Positions 1 to 9,956 of a stretch of 64,000 nucleotides of DNA are shown one piece after another. The position numbers and the translations under genes are program-made. Under the pieces are notes generated by a model, which was given only the letters and a program-made list of their open reading frames with translations, was not told where the DNA came from and made no database searches. The DNA is from Candidatus Saccharimonadota bacterium (GTDB lineage Bacteria > Patescibacteriota > Saccharimonadia > Saccharimonadales > UBA10212), in assembly GCA_013815775.1 (NCBI GenBank), contig JACDFN010000001.1:45883-109882 (forward strand). The letters run 5' to 3'. Numbering within the stretch: position 1 is the stretch's first letter; each line of letters opens with the position of its first letter.

Positions 1-519
1 GTCTCTTGGTCCGTAAAGATTAACTGGAAGCAGAAAGATCGAATTATATTTGTATTCCTGACGGTAGGCTTGGCTTTGTACGAGCATCATTTTTTTTGCT
101 AGTCCGTATGGTGCGTTTGTTTCTTCGGGGTAACCGTTCCATAGATCTTCCTCCTTGAAAGGAATTGGTGTGTGCTTGGGATAAGAACATACTGTGCCAA
201 GGGCTACAAACTTGGGAATTTTAAACCGCCTGGCATATTCTATAAGTTGGACGCCCATCATCAAATTGTCGTAGAAGAATTTTCCGGGATGTTCGCGATT
301 TATACCTATCCCGCCGACAGTTGCTGCTAAATGTATCACTAACTCGCACGGATTTTCATCATACATCTGTACCACCTGATCTTTGTCTACCAGATCATAT
401 TGCTGATGACTGGGTGCGGTCACTTCAGCCCTGTGTTTTCGCAAACTGTCTATAAGATGGCTTCCTAAAAAACCACTTCCTCCGGTGACTAGTACTCTTT
501 TACCGTGCCAAAACCCCAT
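1..519 (-). CDS. fcl: GDP-L-fucose synthase-like NAD-dependent epimerase/reductase. The C-terminal part is cut off by the window edge; the N-terminal 173 aa are present.
   Basis: My translation of the minus strand from the ATG at 519 gives [22 protein letters not shown] (Rossmann GxxGxxG), later APYGLAKK (YxxxK) and [10 protein letters not shown]. It is absent from the ORF track because no stop codon lies in the window. Confidence 0.7.
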   Translation of the reverse strand, partial: MGFWHGKRVLVTGGSGFLGSHLIDSLRKHRAEVTAPSHQQYDLVDKDQVVQMYDENPCELVIHLAATVGGIGINREHPGKFFYDNLMMGVQLIEYARRFKIPKFVALGTVCSYPKHTPIPFKEEDLWNGYPEETNAPYGLAKKMMLVQSQAYRQEYKYNSIFLLPVNLYGPRD

Positions 520-594
520 TTCCACTATTCTATACATTATCTCTGTTTTTTAATATCAAATTGCCCACAAAGCAGCATGCTATATTAGAGTTCT

Positions 595-1638
595 ATGGGA
601 GCCAATGACACAAAACATAAGTACCCACTTCCATCAGAAGCTAGCTTAAGCATAATAATTCCAGCTTATAATTCCGAGAAATGGATTGGTGATACCCTCG
701 AACACTTGGGTCGATCATTAAAAAACAGCACCTGGCGAAAGATAGAAATCATTGTCGTAGATGACGGCTCAACAGATAAAACTGCGGAAAATGCACAGCA
801 AACAAATATTGGCATTCCTATTAGGATTATTCGACAAAAAAATAGTGGAAGGCTTCTTGCCCGGGAGAATGGCCTAAAAAGCGCTGGCGGAGATTACGTT
901 CTTCTTCTTGATAGTAGGATTTATACAGCTCCTGGAAGTTTTAAATACCTCCAAAGTCAAATTAACAAAAACCGCGAGGCAATAGTGTGGAATGGTCATA
1001 TAAATATGGACCGCCGAGGCAATCCATTTGCCAGGTTCTGGTACACGATAACTTTTCTTGCATGGAGGCGGTATATGAAAACACCCCGCTTAACCAGTTA
1101 TGGCGAAAAAGACTATGACTATTATCCCAAAGGCACAACCGGGTTTTTTGCACCAAAAGATTTCTTGCTGGAAGCGTATAAAAACTTTACTACCAATTAC
1201 TCAGATTCTAAGAATGCAAACGATGACACTTCGCTAATACGTTATATTACTAAGCTATCAGACATCCATATTTCGCCCGACTATGCTTTTACCTATGTAT
1301 CAAGGAGCAGCTTAAGGGCATTTATTCCCCATACTCTGCACCGGGGTATAGTGTTTATAGACGGTCATTTCCACAGAGGCAGCCGGTATTTTTATGCCTG
1401 TCTTCTGTATCTAATCCTTGTCCCGGTCGTGTTGTTTTTAGTAATTCTCAACCCTGTTCTGCTGTTGCTTTTAATACCTCTACTTATTTTTATATTTGCG
1501 TTTGCCAAAATACTAGGGACAGAAACAGCTGATGCAGCTGCGTTGGCTTACGTTATGCCATTGTTCGCCGTTTTTTACACGGCTGGCTTTTATAAAGGTT
1601 TATATTTACGAGTGATAAATCACTCAAATAAACCCTAA
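595..1638 (+). CDS. Family 2 glycosyltransferase with a C-terminal membrane domain
   Basis: LSIIIPAYNSEKWIGDTLEHL and IEIIVVDDGSTDKT (the GT2 DxD region); hydrophobic C-terminal third. Confidence 0.8.
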   Translation: MGANDTKHKYPLPSEASLSIIIPAYNSEKWIGDTLEHLGRSLKNSTWRKIEIIVVDDGSTDKTAENAQQTNIGIPIRIIRQKNSGRLLARENGLKSAGGDYVLLLDSRIYTAPGSFKYLQSQINKNREAIVWNGHINMDRRGNPFARFWYTITFLAWRRYMKTPRLTSYGEKDYDYYPKGTTGFFAPKDFLLEAYKNFTTNYSDSKNANDDTSLIRYITKLSDIHISPDYAFTYVSRSSLRAFIPHTLHRGIVFIDGHFHRGSRYFYACLLYLILVPVVLFLVILNPVLLLLLIPLLIFIFAFAKILGTETADAAALAYVMPLFAVFYTAGFYKGLYLRVINHSNKP

Positions 1639-1758
1639 GTAGCGCTGTGGTTCGCCAACCACATCTGAGGCTGCTAAGAAACTAAAACAGGCAGCTTCTA
1701 CAGCCATACACCCGTTGTCATAGCAATTAAGTATTTTTTTTCTGGTATCATCTCTAGG

Positions 1759-2829
1759 ATGATAATTGTGATTATTGCTGGAGGTTCGGGCACTCGTCTT
1801 TGGCCGCTTTCTACTCATAATTTCCCCAAACATTTACTGAAACTTACCAACGAGAAAAGTCTGCTTCAAAATACCTTCGACCGAGTACAAGGGCTATCTG
1901 ATCATATTTTCGTTATCCCGGAAAAATCCCATGCCCGCCATGTTTATAAGCAGCTTCCCCGGCTGCCAAGAAAGAATATTTTGGTAGAGCCGGCCCGCCG
2001 CGGCACCGCTTCTTGTTTTATATTGGCTTTAAGCGAAATAAAGCGAAGAAATCTTGGAGATGAAGCAATTTTATTTTTATGGGCCGACCACCTCATCCAG
2101 GACAGGAGAGGCTTTGCAACAACAGCCAAGCAAGCAGCCAAGCTCGCCAAAACTAAAAAGCATCTGGTCTTCATTGGGGTAGAGCCCACATACCCATCCA
2201 CTGGTTTCGGCTACATGCAAAAAGGGAAGCCCACGAGTGCTGACAAAAAGGACACTTTTGAGCTTAAGCAGTTCGTCGAGAAGCCAGACCGCAAGACCGC
2301 TCAATACTATCTTAAAACAAAGCAGTACTTATGGAACACCGGCTATCTTACCGGTACTCTTGAAACATTTGAGAATGAAATTAAAGAGCGTTCACCCCGC
2401 CTATGGAACGATTATCTGGCTTTGGTTGATACGCTGTTGCCTATCTTACGCAGAAGAATCTATATGAATTTTGTCTCTGAGCCGATAGATACCGCCCTGT
2501 CCGAACATGTGCCGGATGCTTTGGTCGTGACTGGCAAATTTGATTGGGTAGATGTCGGCTCATTCCAGGATCTGCACAAGGTAAGCTTGCAGGACGAAAA
2601 AGGTAATTATGTAAGCGGTGAAAACGTCGAACTAGATAATGTATCCGACAGTTATGTCCGCAACGAGGAGAACCTGCCGATTGCCATAATTGGCCTTGAT
2701 AACATTGCCGTGGTCGTCAACGAGCACGGAGTGCTAATAACCAATAAAGACCATGCTCAAAAGGTTGGAGAGCTTTCAAAGCGCCTGCAAAAGAGCTCGA
2801 AAGGATTAAAATGGTTCGAAAGGTTATAG
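1759..2829 (+). CDS. manC: Mannose-1-phosphate guanylyltransferase (NDP-sugar pyrophosphorylase)
   Basis: N-terminal IIAGGSGTRLWPLS signature; length and context match, next to a PMM-like gene and fcl. Confidence 0.8.
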   Translation: MIIVIIAGGSGTRLWPLSTHNFPKHLLKLTNEKSLLQNTFDRVQGLSDHIFVIPEKSHARHVYKQLPRLPRKNILVEPARRGTASCFILALSEIKRRNLGDEAILFLWADHLIQDRRGFATTAKQAAKLAKTKKHLVFIGVEPTYPSTGFGYMQKGKPTSADKKDTFELKQFVEKPDRKTAQYYLKTKQYLWNTGYLTGTLETFENEIKERSPRLWNDYLALVDTLLPILRRRIYMNFVSEPIDTALSEHVPDALVVTGKFDWVDVGSFQDLHKVSLQDEKGNYVSGENVELDNVSDSYVRNEENLPIAIIGLDNIAVVVNEHGVLITNKDHAQKVGELSKRLQKSSKGLKWFERL

Positions 2830-3587
2830 CCTTCGATCTTGATGGCACCTTGGCTGCCAGCAAGTCACCAATTACCGACCAGATGGCCGGGTTAATGGAA
2901 AAACTCCTAGAAAAGTATCAGGTCTGCGTAATGTCTGGCGGGAGGTTCGAACAATTTGAAACCCAGTTACTTGCTAACCTAAAAATTAATCCGGCACACC
3001 TAAAAAACCTTCATCTTATGCCTACCTGTGGCACAAGATATTACCGCCACAACGATAGGAAAGATCGCTGGCAGAAGGTTTATGCAGAAGACTTTACCGA
3101 ACTACAAAAGAAAAAAATTATCAAAGCCCTAAATGAGGGAATTGACCGCTTAGGCTTCCGGGAGAAAAAGACCTGGGGCGAAACGATAGAGGATAGAGGG
3201 AGTCAGATTACGTTTTCTGCTCTTGGGCAGGACGTGGTGGCGGTCTTAGGAGAGGAAGGCGTGAGGCTAAAGGAACAATGGGACCCAGAGGGTAAAAAGA
3301 AACACAAGCTTCGGGATTTGGTTGCTGGGCTTATACCTGAATTCGAAGTGCGGGTCGGGGGCGGAACGTCTATAGATATAACTAAACCGGGTGTAGACAA
3401 AGCTTACGGAATGCAAAAATTACTCGATATGCTGGGTATTTCTAAAGAAGACATTTTATTTATCGGCGACCGGCTTGAAGAAGGCGGAAACGACTTTCCT
3501 GTTAAAGCTATGGGCGTTGACTGTATGCAGGTTTCGCGCTGGGAGGAAACAGCTCTAGCCGTAGAAGTCGTCTTATGCGTTACATAA
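2811..3587 (+). CDS. HAD-IIB hydrolase, phosphomannomutase-like
   Basis: FDLDGTL (HAD motif I) and GDRLEEGGND (motif IV-like). It overlaps the manC stop by 19 nt. Confidence 0.6.
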   Translation: MVRKVIAFDLDGTLAASKSPITDQMAGLMEKLLEKYQVCVMSGGRFEQFETQLLANLKINPAHLKNLHLMPTCGTRYYRHNDRKDRWQKVYAEDFTELQKKKIIKALNEGIDRLGFREKKTWGETIEDRGSQITFSALGQDVVAVLGEEGVRLKEQWDPEGKKKHKLRDLVAGLIPEFEVRVGGGTSIDITKPGVDKAYGMQKLLDMLGISKEDILFIGDRLEEGGNDFPVKAMGVDCMQVSRWEETALAVEVVLCVT

Positions 3588-3668
3588 GTTCTTCAGTCTA
3601 TCTTATCCACATTATTTCCACAATTTAAAGTAGTTATGCTTGCAGTTTGATTTCCTGTCAAATACTAT

Positions 3669-4946
3669 TTGGCGGTGAGCTTTGGAGGGTACAATGTACA
3701 GAGCATTCGTGGGTTCTCTTCCAGACGAGCAAAAACCCTAGGACTTTTTACGGGAATGGTTATTGCCGTTTTTATTTTATTACCTGGCAAAACTTATGCC
3801 TCTGATGACTACCCCACCAAGTGGCGAGACATACCGATGGACTCGGTGCTTGATGATTGGAACATGTACAACCGGGAGTGTACATCGTTTGTGGCCTGGC
3901 GTTTGGCGGTGCGAAACGGTTTTAATATTCCGTTTAATGCTGACGCTTCTAAGTGGGCGACAATTGCCGAGGAGAAGGGTTATCCTATTAACACGACACC
4001 GGGCATAGGCTCAGTTGGCTATAAAGGGAACCACGTGGCCTGGGTGGAGGCAGTTACGGGCGATAAGGTAACCGTAGAAGAGTATAACAACGTTGATTCT
4101 AACCAAAACGGTATTTATGGCGATGACGGAACCTATAGCAGTCGGACGGTTCCAAGTAGCTCGTTTTCCGGGTTTATACATTTTAAGGATATTAAAGCAG
4201 TCGAGGCTGGAGGCGGGGTTAGTGGACTTTCATACCTAGGCTCAGAGCGTTTAGCTCCGAACCAATCCCTGCGGACCGGGCAATATTTACTTTCACCGAA
4301 CTCCCAATACGTACTTGTTATGCAGGGCGATGGTAACCTGGTCCTGTACGGTGATGGTTTTAGAGCCTTGTGGGCCAGCAATACGGCCGGCAGTGGAGCC
4401 ACTGCGGCTGTAATGCAGGGTGACGGCAACCTAGTGCTTTATAGAGCCAACTCGACTGCGGTTTGGGCCAGCAATACGGCCGGGAGAGGGATTTCTAACC
4501 TGTACATACAAGATGACGGCAACCTTGTGCTTTATACATCTTCGTGGGCTGCTACATGGAATACAAGAACAGGAGGGCTGCCGACTTTTAGTTACGTTGG
4601 ATCTGACCGCATGGCGAATAACCAAACCCTCAGCCTTAACCAATACATGCGTTCAGCTGACAAAAGATACGTAGTGCTGCTGCGGCCGGACGGCAACCTA
4701 GTGGTCTATAGCCCAGGCTACCGAGTACTTTGGGCTACCGGAACGGCTGGTAAATCTGTGACCCGCGCCGTCATGCAGGCCGACGGCAACCTTGTCCTGT
4801 ATACGGCATTAAACCGACCAGTTTGGGATAGTAAGACGGCGGGGTTTGGGCTTTCGTTCTCGGTAATCCAAACTGACGGTAATTTCGTAGTCTATACCTA
4901 CGGAGGTAACCCTACATGGAATACTGAAACCAACGGCAGGCTTTAG
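3669..4946 (+). CDS. Secreted CHAP-domain peptidoglycan amidase/peptidase fused to two bulb-type (GNA-like) mannose-binding lectin domains
   Basis: N-terminal hydrophobic segment. CHAP Cys/His motifs: ECTSFVAWRL and GNHVAWVEAV. Six repeats fit QxDxNxVxY (MQGDGNLVLY x2, IQDDGNLVLY, RPDGNLVVY, MQADGNLVLY, IQTDGNFVVY). The start is uncertain (TTG at 3669). Confidence 0.8.
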   Translation: MAVSFGGYNVQSIRGFSSRRAKTLGLFTGMVIAVFILLPGKTYASDDYPTKWRDIPMDSVLDDWNMYNRECTSFVAWRLAVRNGFNIPFNADASKWATIAEEKGYPINTTPGIGSVGYKGNHVAWVEAVTGDKVTVEEYNNVDSNQNGIYGDDGTYSSRTVPSSSFSGFIHFKDIKAVEAGGGVSGLSYLGSERLAPNQSLRTGQYLLSPNSQYVLVMQGDGNLVLYGDGFRALWASNTAGSGATAAVMQGDGNLVLYRANSTAVWASNTAGRGISNLYIQDDGNLVLYTSSWAATWNTRTGGLPTFSYVGSDRMANNQTLSLNQYMRSADKRYVVLLRPDGNLVVYSPGYRVLWATGTAGKSVTRAVMQADGNLVLYTALNRPVWDSKTAGFGLSFSVIQTDGNFVVYTYGGNPTWNTETNGRL

Positions 4947-4947
4947 T

Positions 4948-6099
4948 TCAGGTTTTGCTGGCAATAAACTTTCTAATATTTTCGGCGAAAACGTTTGGTG
5001 AAAACTGAGAGGCCGCTTGGGTCGAGTCGCTTTTTTTGATTCGATCTGGCCTAAACTTATCAAGTGTGTCGGATAAGCAATCCACAGACTGCTCCTCAAA
5101 GAACATACCGGTTTTGCCTTCTTTGACGTAGTCCAAAGCACCTCCTGCTTTATAGGCAATAACTGGTGTGCCGGCCGCTAGTGCTTCAACGGCCACAATG
5201 CCAAAGTCATCAACCGCTGGGAATATAAAGGCTTGGGCTTGTTGAAAATGCCACGGTAATTCTTTATCTGAAATACCAGTTAGGAAGTTCACTCTAGGAC
5301 CGGCCATCTTAACTAGTTTTTGATGGTCGGGGCCGTCCCCTATAACTTTTAGCGGTAAGTCTAGCTTGCTGCAAGCCGCAACTGCCAGGTCTATACGTTT
5401 GTACGGTGTCTGCCGACCGACCACTAAAAAGCCGTGCCTATTGGTCTTTTGCTTTGGTGCGAGAGCGAAACGCTCAACATCAACCGGTGGGTGCACAACA
5501 GTCGAATCCCGCCTGTAGTATCTTTTTATTTGGCTCATAGTATGAATGGAGTTGGCGATTAGATAGTCGGGTCCTTGAGCCGCACGGTAGTCGGCGCGCC
5601 TCATAGGGCCAACCAGTAACTTTAGACAAAGACGGGCCAAGGGATTAAAAATTCCAAAGCCAGGCCGTTGCATATACTCTTCGTAGCGGCTCCAGTAGTA
5701 GTGGGTTGGAGCATGACAGTAGCAAACATGAACTGTATTGGGTCCAGTTTTGACAGCTTTTGCCTCGGCCCCGCTAGAACTAATTACTAAGTCGTACTGA
5801 CTTAAGTCTAGCCGCGAGAAAGCCCTTGCCCTAAGGACCGGTAAAAACTTTTTAAATGATTTAGGCAGTTTCTGGAGCCATAGTGTTCGAACATCCGCAT
5901 TCTTGAACCAATCATCACCTTGCCATAATTTGCCCCTTGAATCATATTGAGAGGTGTAGATTGGCGCCTCAGGAAACATGCGATGAAGTTCAAGCACGAC
6001 ACGCTCTGCCCCGCCGGTGCCTGTTAGCCAATCGCAGACGATAGCGACACGCAGCTGCGTAGTTGGTAGTTCGGAGTTATTAGTTCGGGGTTTGGGCAT
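4948..6099 (-). CDS. Family 4 (GT-B, group 1) glycosyltransferase
   Basis: C-terminal FIFPAVDDFGIVAVEALAAGTPVIAYKAGGALDYVKEGKTGMFF, the EX7E-type GT4 signature. Confidence 0.8.
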   Translation of the reverse strand: MPKPRTNNSELPTTQLRVAIVCDWLTGTGGAERVVLELHRMFPEAPIYTSQYDSRGKLWQGDDWFKNADVRTLWLQKLPKSFKKFLPVLRARAFSRLDLSQYDLVISSSGAEAKAVKTGPNTVHVCYCHAPTHYYWSRYEEYMQRPGFGIFNPLARLCLKLLVGPMRRADYRAAQGPDYLIANSIHTMSQIKRYYRRDSTVVHPPVDVERFALAPKQKTNRHGFLVVGRQTPYKRIDLAVAACSKLDLPLKVIGDGPDHQKLVKMAGPRVNFLTGISDKELPWHFQQAQAFIFPAVDDFGIVAVEALAAGTPVIAYKAGGALDYVKEGKTGMFFEEQSVDCLSDTLDKFRPDRIKKSDSTQAASQFSPNVFAENIRKFIASKT

Positions 6100-6460
6100 G
6101 TTGCTTTATGGACCTCATCAGTGCGTTAATCAATTTCTGAGTGTCGGTTACCAGGTTCAGGCTTTCAATCATATCCTTTTTTGTAAGGTAGCCAAGCTTC
6201 TCTGCTAAGTATAGATAATTTTTGACCTCCAGTAGTGAACCATAGGCAATCGTATAAAACTGAACCTTATCTTTACTGGTTCTTCTACCAAAACCCTCTG
6301 CAATATTAGCAGATACAGAATTAGAGGCTCGTCTTAGTTGGCTTATCAACGAAAATCTTTCGTCACCCGGGAATTTTTTAGTCAAGTTATGGGACAATAC
6401 TGCAAGGTCTTGGGCTTTCTGCCAGGCGATTAATTGCTCAAATGTTTGAATTTTCTCCAC
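6080..6460 (-). CDS. Four-helix-bundle protein (23S rRNA intervening-sequence protein family)
   Basis: LIAWQKAQDLAVL, RRASNSVSANIAEGFGR and YGSLLEVKNYLYLA match the family pattern. It overlaps the GT4 start by 20 nt. Confidence 0.75.
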   Translation of the reverse strand: MEKIQTFEQLIAWQKAQDLAVLSHNLTKKFPGDERFSLISQLRRASNSVSANIAEGFGRRTSKDKVQFYTIAYGSLLEVKNYLYLAEKLGYLTKKDMIESLNLVTDTQKLINALMRSIKQHAQTPN

Positions 6461-6545
6461 TCTACCTACTACCTACCATCTATTAACTACTAAAAATTAT
6501 TGTGAATTGTAAATTGCTAATTGTAAAATGCTAACCTTTGGCTAG

Positions 6546-7988
6546 CTAGGCTCCGCTGCGCCTTAAAACAACCCGGATAGTTTTAACAAGAATAGTTAAA
6601 TCCAGCCACATACTCCAGTTCTGCACGTAGTAAAGATCTAGCTTACGTCGTTCTTCAAAACTTATGTCGCGCCGGCCGGATATTTGGGCCAGTCCAGTGA
6701 GACCTGATTTTACGGCCAATATTAAGTCTTTTTTGTCAGACTTTTCAAGCTCGTGGGGGTGCAGGGCACGGGGCCCGACCAAGCTGATGTCTCCTTTTAC
6801 GATATTAATGAGCTGAGGTAGTTCATCCAAACTTGTTCGCCTCAGAAACCTTCCTATCTGGGTTACCCGAGGGTCATCAGTTAGCTGGTCGCCGTTGTCT
6901 CGATACTGCTTTATTAGCTCCGGCCTGCCCATTTTAGTAAAACCGTCCTCTGGGGTCATGCCGCTGTAGGCTTTCTTAATAGTCCGAAACTTGTATATTT
7001 TAGTCATGTGGCCAAAGCGAGTAAGTCTGGAGTCTTTGTGTACAATGGAGCCGCGCGGGTCGAATAATTTAACCAGGACTCCGATAATCAACATAAAGGG
7101 TAGAGCCAGCAGCAAGGCAACTGCTCCCATCATCAGGTCGCCAGCCCTCTTTACAATGCGTCCCCAGCCAATTAGAGCGGTTTGGTGGACCGCTATCACA
7201 GGAATAGCAGAGCGGAACAACTCCACTTCGATATTGCCCACAAAAAGCTCTGTATTGCCTGGTATGAACCTATAAGCTACGTGGTTAGCCTGAGCAAATT
7301 CTAAGATTTCGTTATTTTTGCTGCTGCTGGCAAACAGCTCGGTCTGAACGATACTGTGTATTCTGTTTGCCCGTATTTTTTTAACTGCTTCATCCAAGGT
7401 GGCGAAGGTATTTATGCCCAGGAAAGTTTTAGATTGGGCAGCATTTTCTCCCACGATGCCCACGATTCTATAGCCTGAGACCTTGCTTTCTGCCAGGGAT
7501 TCCACTAGTTCACGGGCAATAGGCGTATCGCCGATGATGAGCAGATTAGTTATACCTATGTTGTAGGCATATAGCGTGCTGCGCAGCCTTCTAATGAGAT
7601 TCCGGAAAAAGAGTAGAAACAAAAAAGCCAGACCGAAGCCATAAGCCGCTACAAGTCGGGCTGGGAAAACCGGAGTATTTAAGATGTAGGCGTAACCTAT
7701 CAAGAACAAAAGTCCAATAAACGAACCCACTAGAAGTCTGCCCATCTCAGCGAACCGCTTCTCCTGGATAGAACTGTTATATAACCCTAAAAGAGCGAAG
7801 ATCATTATCCAGAAGGGAAGTAATACAAGAAAAATGCCCAGGTATGTTTCGGATTCAATAGGAGCAGAAAGGGGCCTGGCATCTATAGTGACGCGGAGGA
7901 CATAAGCGCCAACAAAGGCAGCCACGAGAGCCAAAAAATCCCCCACGACTAGTAGCACGCTATAAAGCAGGGAAGAATTATTTTTCAC
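6546..7988 (-). CDS. Polyprenyl-phosphate sugar phosphotransferase (WbaP-like initiating transferase)
   Basis: N-terminal TM helices; C-terminal LDELPQLINIVKGDISLVGPRA, the bacterial sugar transferase signature. Confidence 0.85.
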   Translation of the reverse strand: MKNNSSLLYSVLLVVGDFLALVAAFVGAYVLRVTIDARPLSAPIESETYLGIFLVLLPFWIMIFALLGLYNSSIQEKRFAEMGRLLVGSFIGLLFLIGYAYILNTPVFPARLVAAYGFGLAFLFLLFFRNLIRRLRSTLYAYNIGITNLLIIGDTPIARELVESLAESKVSGYRIVGIVGENAAQSKTFLGINTFATLDEAVKKIRANRIHSIVQTELFASSSKNNEILEFAQANHVAYRFIPGNTELFVGNIEVELFRSAIPVIAVHQTALIGWGRIVKRAGDLMMGAVALLLALPFMLIIGVLVKLFDPRGSIVHKDSRLTRFGHMTKIYKFRTIKKAYSGMTPEDGFTKMGRPELIKQYRDNGDQLTDDPRVTQIGRFLRRTSLDELPQLINIVKGDISLVGPRALHPHELEKSDKKDLILAVKSGLTGLAQISGRRDISFEERRKLDLYYVQNWSMWLDLTILVKTIRVVLRRSGA

Positions 7989-8185
7989 CTTATCCTCCTC
8001 GACACATCAGCCAGTATTTTAGCAGAGCTAAAAACACTGCTGATGCTTTTTGCGCAGGCTGTCGTTGCAAGCTCCAGTGCTACATCACCGTACTTGAAGT
8101 ACGGCTCAGTCTGCGTTTCGCTTGCGCCTCGCCCTGCATCAAAACGAGATAGATAAGGCTTATTACTGTTCATTGTAGTTATACT

Positions 8186-9538
8186 ATGATTGTAACATCT
8201 ATGAAACCGTCTATATTTGACATAAAACTTGCCCAAGCGTTGTCGTGGGTTGTGGGAGGAATATTGGTTTTACTACCATTTCATGCTCTTGCAACCACCT
8301 GGATGGCAAGCAATGTGGGCCATTACGATTTAATCCGAGCTTGGAAAGAAGTTTTATTGATTTTAGCTTTACCCGCCGTACTGTGGTTGACTTGGCGGTC
8401 AAGTAAATTAAGGAGATATTTATTCAACTCTTGGACTGTGCGTCTTCTTGCTATTTATATCGCCCTGCACTTGGTACTTGGACTTTATGCTCTCCAAACT
8501 GGCGTCGTAAATATTGAGTCCCTTATTTATTCCTACACGGTGAATCTAAGGTTTCTGGGTTTTTTCGTAATGGTATTGGTATCGGCTAGCTACAGCAGCA
8601 TCTTAAGTCGCAATTGGACTAAAATACTGCTTTTCCCAGCCACCATCGTTGTAATCTTTGGTATAGCTCAAAAGTTTTTACTACCATATGATTTCTTGCG
8701 CCACTTTGGCTACGGTTTAAATACCATCCCGGCTTACCAAACAGTTGATTCACAGTTTGAGCTACGGCGAGTCCAATCCACTCTCCGCGGGGCTAATCCG
8801 CTCGGAGCCTACCTTTTATTAGTGACTTCGGCCTACGTTGTTATAGTGCGAAAAAATCGCACTAAACTCCTATTTGGTCTAGCTGCTCTTCTTACTATCC
8901 TGTTTTATAGCTACTCCCGTAGCGCTTGGTTAGGCTTAGTTTTATCTTTAAGTTTTTTTGCAGGATTTTCTGCTTCGCGCCGATTTAACCTTGGTCGGAT
9001 GGTTTTTGTGTATATAGCTACCGCGCTGCTGGTTGGTGTCGGTTTATATGCTCTAAGATACAACAACACCGTCCAGGATACCGTTTTTCATACCAGCTCA
9101 GAGTCTACTTCCGAGCAAAGTTCTAACGAAGTTAGGGCGCAGGCCTTGAAGCAAGGGGCAAGCGATATAGTAAGCGAACCGCTCGGCCGAGGTCCCGGCA
9201 CCGCAGGGCCGGCGTCGTTCCGCAATGACTCTTTGCCGCGTATCTCTGAAAATTATTATTTTCAAATAGGTCAGGAGCTCGGTGTTGCTGGGATGCTCGT
9301 ATTTATTGCGATTAACCTACTTGTTGCGCGGCAGTTATGGGAAAAGCGAAGTCAGCAGCTAGCTAAGATTCTACTGATAAGCCTTGCCGGCATAACCGTA
9401 GTAAATTTGGTATCACATGCCTGGGCGGATGATACTCTTAGCTATATTTGGTGGGGACTTGCGGGTATAGCCTTGACCCCTGCTATACTTACAGACAGAC
9501 ATAAGCAAAATGGCAAAGCTAACAAAAGCCAAACGTAG
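8186..9538 (+). CDS. O-antigen polymerase/ligase-like (Wzy_C) polytopic membrane protein
   Basis: About 10 hydrophobic helices; FYSYSRSAWLGLVLSL resembles the Wzy_C core; glycan-cluster context. Confidence 0.7.
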   Translation: MIVTSMKPSIFDIKLAQALSWVVGGILVLLPFHALATTWMASNVGHYDLIRAWKEVLLILALPAVLWLTWRSSKLRRYLFNSWTVRLLAIYIALHLVLGLYALQTGVVNIESLIYSYTVNLRFLGFFVMVLVSASYSSILSRNWTKILLFPATIVVIFGIAQKFLLPYDFLRHFGYGLNTIPAYQTVDSQFELRRVQSTLRGANPLGAYLLLVTSAYVVIVRKNRTKLLFGLAALLTILFYSYSRSAWLGLVLSLSFFAGFSASRRFNLGRMVFVYIATALLVGVGLYALRYNNTVQDTVFHTSSESTSEQSSNEVRAQALKQGASDIVSEPLGRGPGTAGPASFRNDSLPRISENYYFQIGQELGVAGMLVFIAINLLVARQLWEKRSQQLAKILLISLAGITVVNLVSHAWADDTLSYIWWGLAGIALTPAILTDRHKQNGKANKSQT

Positions 9539-9956
9539 ACGCGTAGTCCAGTTCGTTGAGTACCTGATAAGTGGGGGTGCCTATTTCTGGACAGGTTATG
9601 CCGTATTCGCTTTTACTTGGTCGTACTTAGGCTGGAGTTTATGGTGGGCTAAGCTGGCGGCAAACGTAGTTGGTTGGATTGTTAACTTTATTCTGCAGCG
9701 TTATTGGGTATTCCGTAATCCTTACCTTAAAGATCACATGGGACAGGTAGGATTGCGGTATGGGATAATTACGATTGTTAATTTTGTTTTGGATTACTTT
9801 ATAATTTACGGCCTGCGCCTGGTAGGAATTTCACCTTACATCGGTAATTTCATATCCTCTGGCTTCTTCACGGTCTGGAATTACCTGTGGTATAGGTTCT
9901 GGGTTTTCCCAGAAAGGTATACTAGGAAGGTAAAACATAAGAGGCCGCACAGATGA
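9510..9956 (+). CDS. GtrA-family membrane protein
   Basis: 148 aa with 4 TM helices; FILQRYWVF and WNYLWYRFWVF motifs typical of GtrA. Confidence 0.75.
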   Translation: MAKLTKAKRRRVVQFVEYLISGGAYFWTGYAVFAFTWSYLGWSLWWAKLAANVVGWIVNFILQRYWVFRNPYLKDHMGQVGLRYGIITIVNFVLDYFIIYGLRLVGISPYIGNFISSGFFTVWNYLWYRFWVFPERYTRKVKHKRPHR

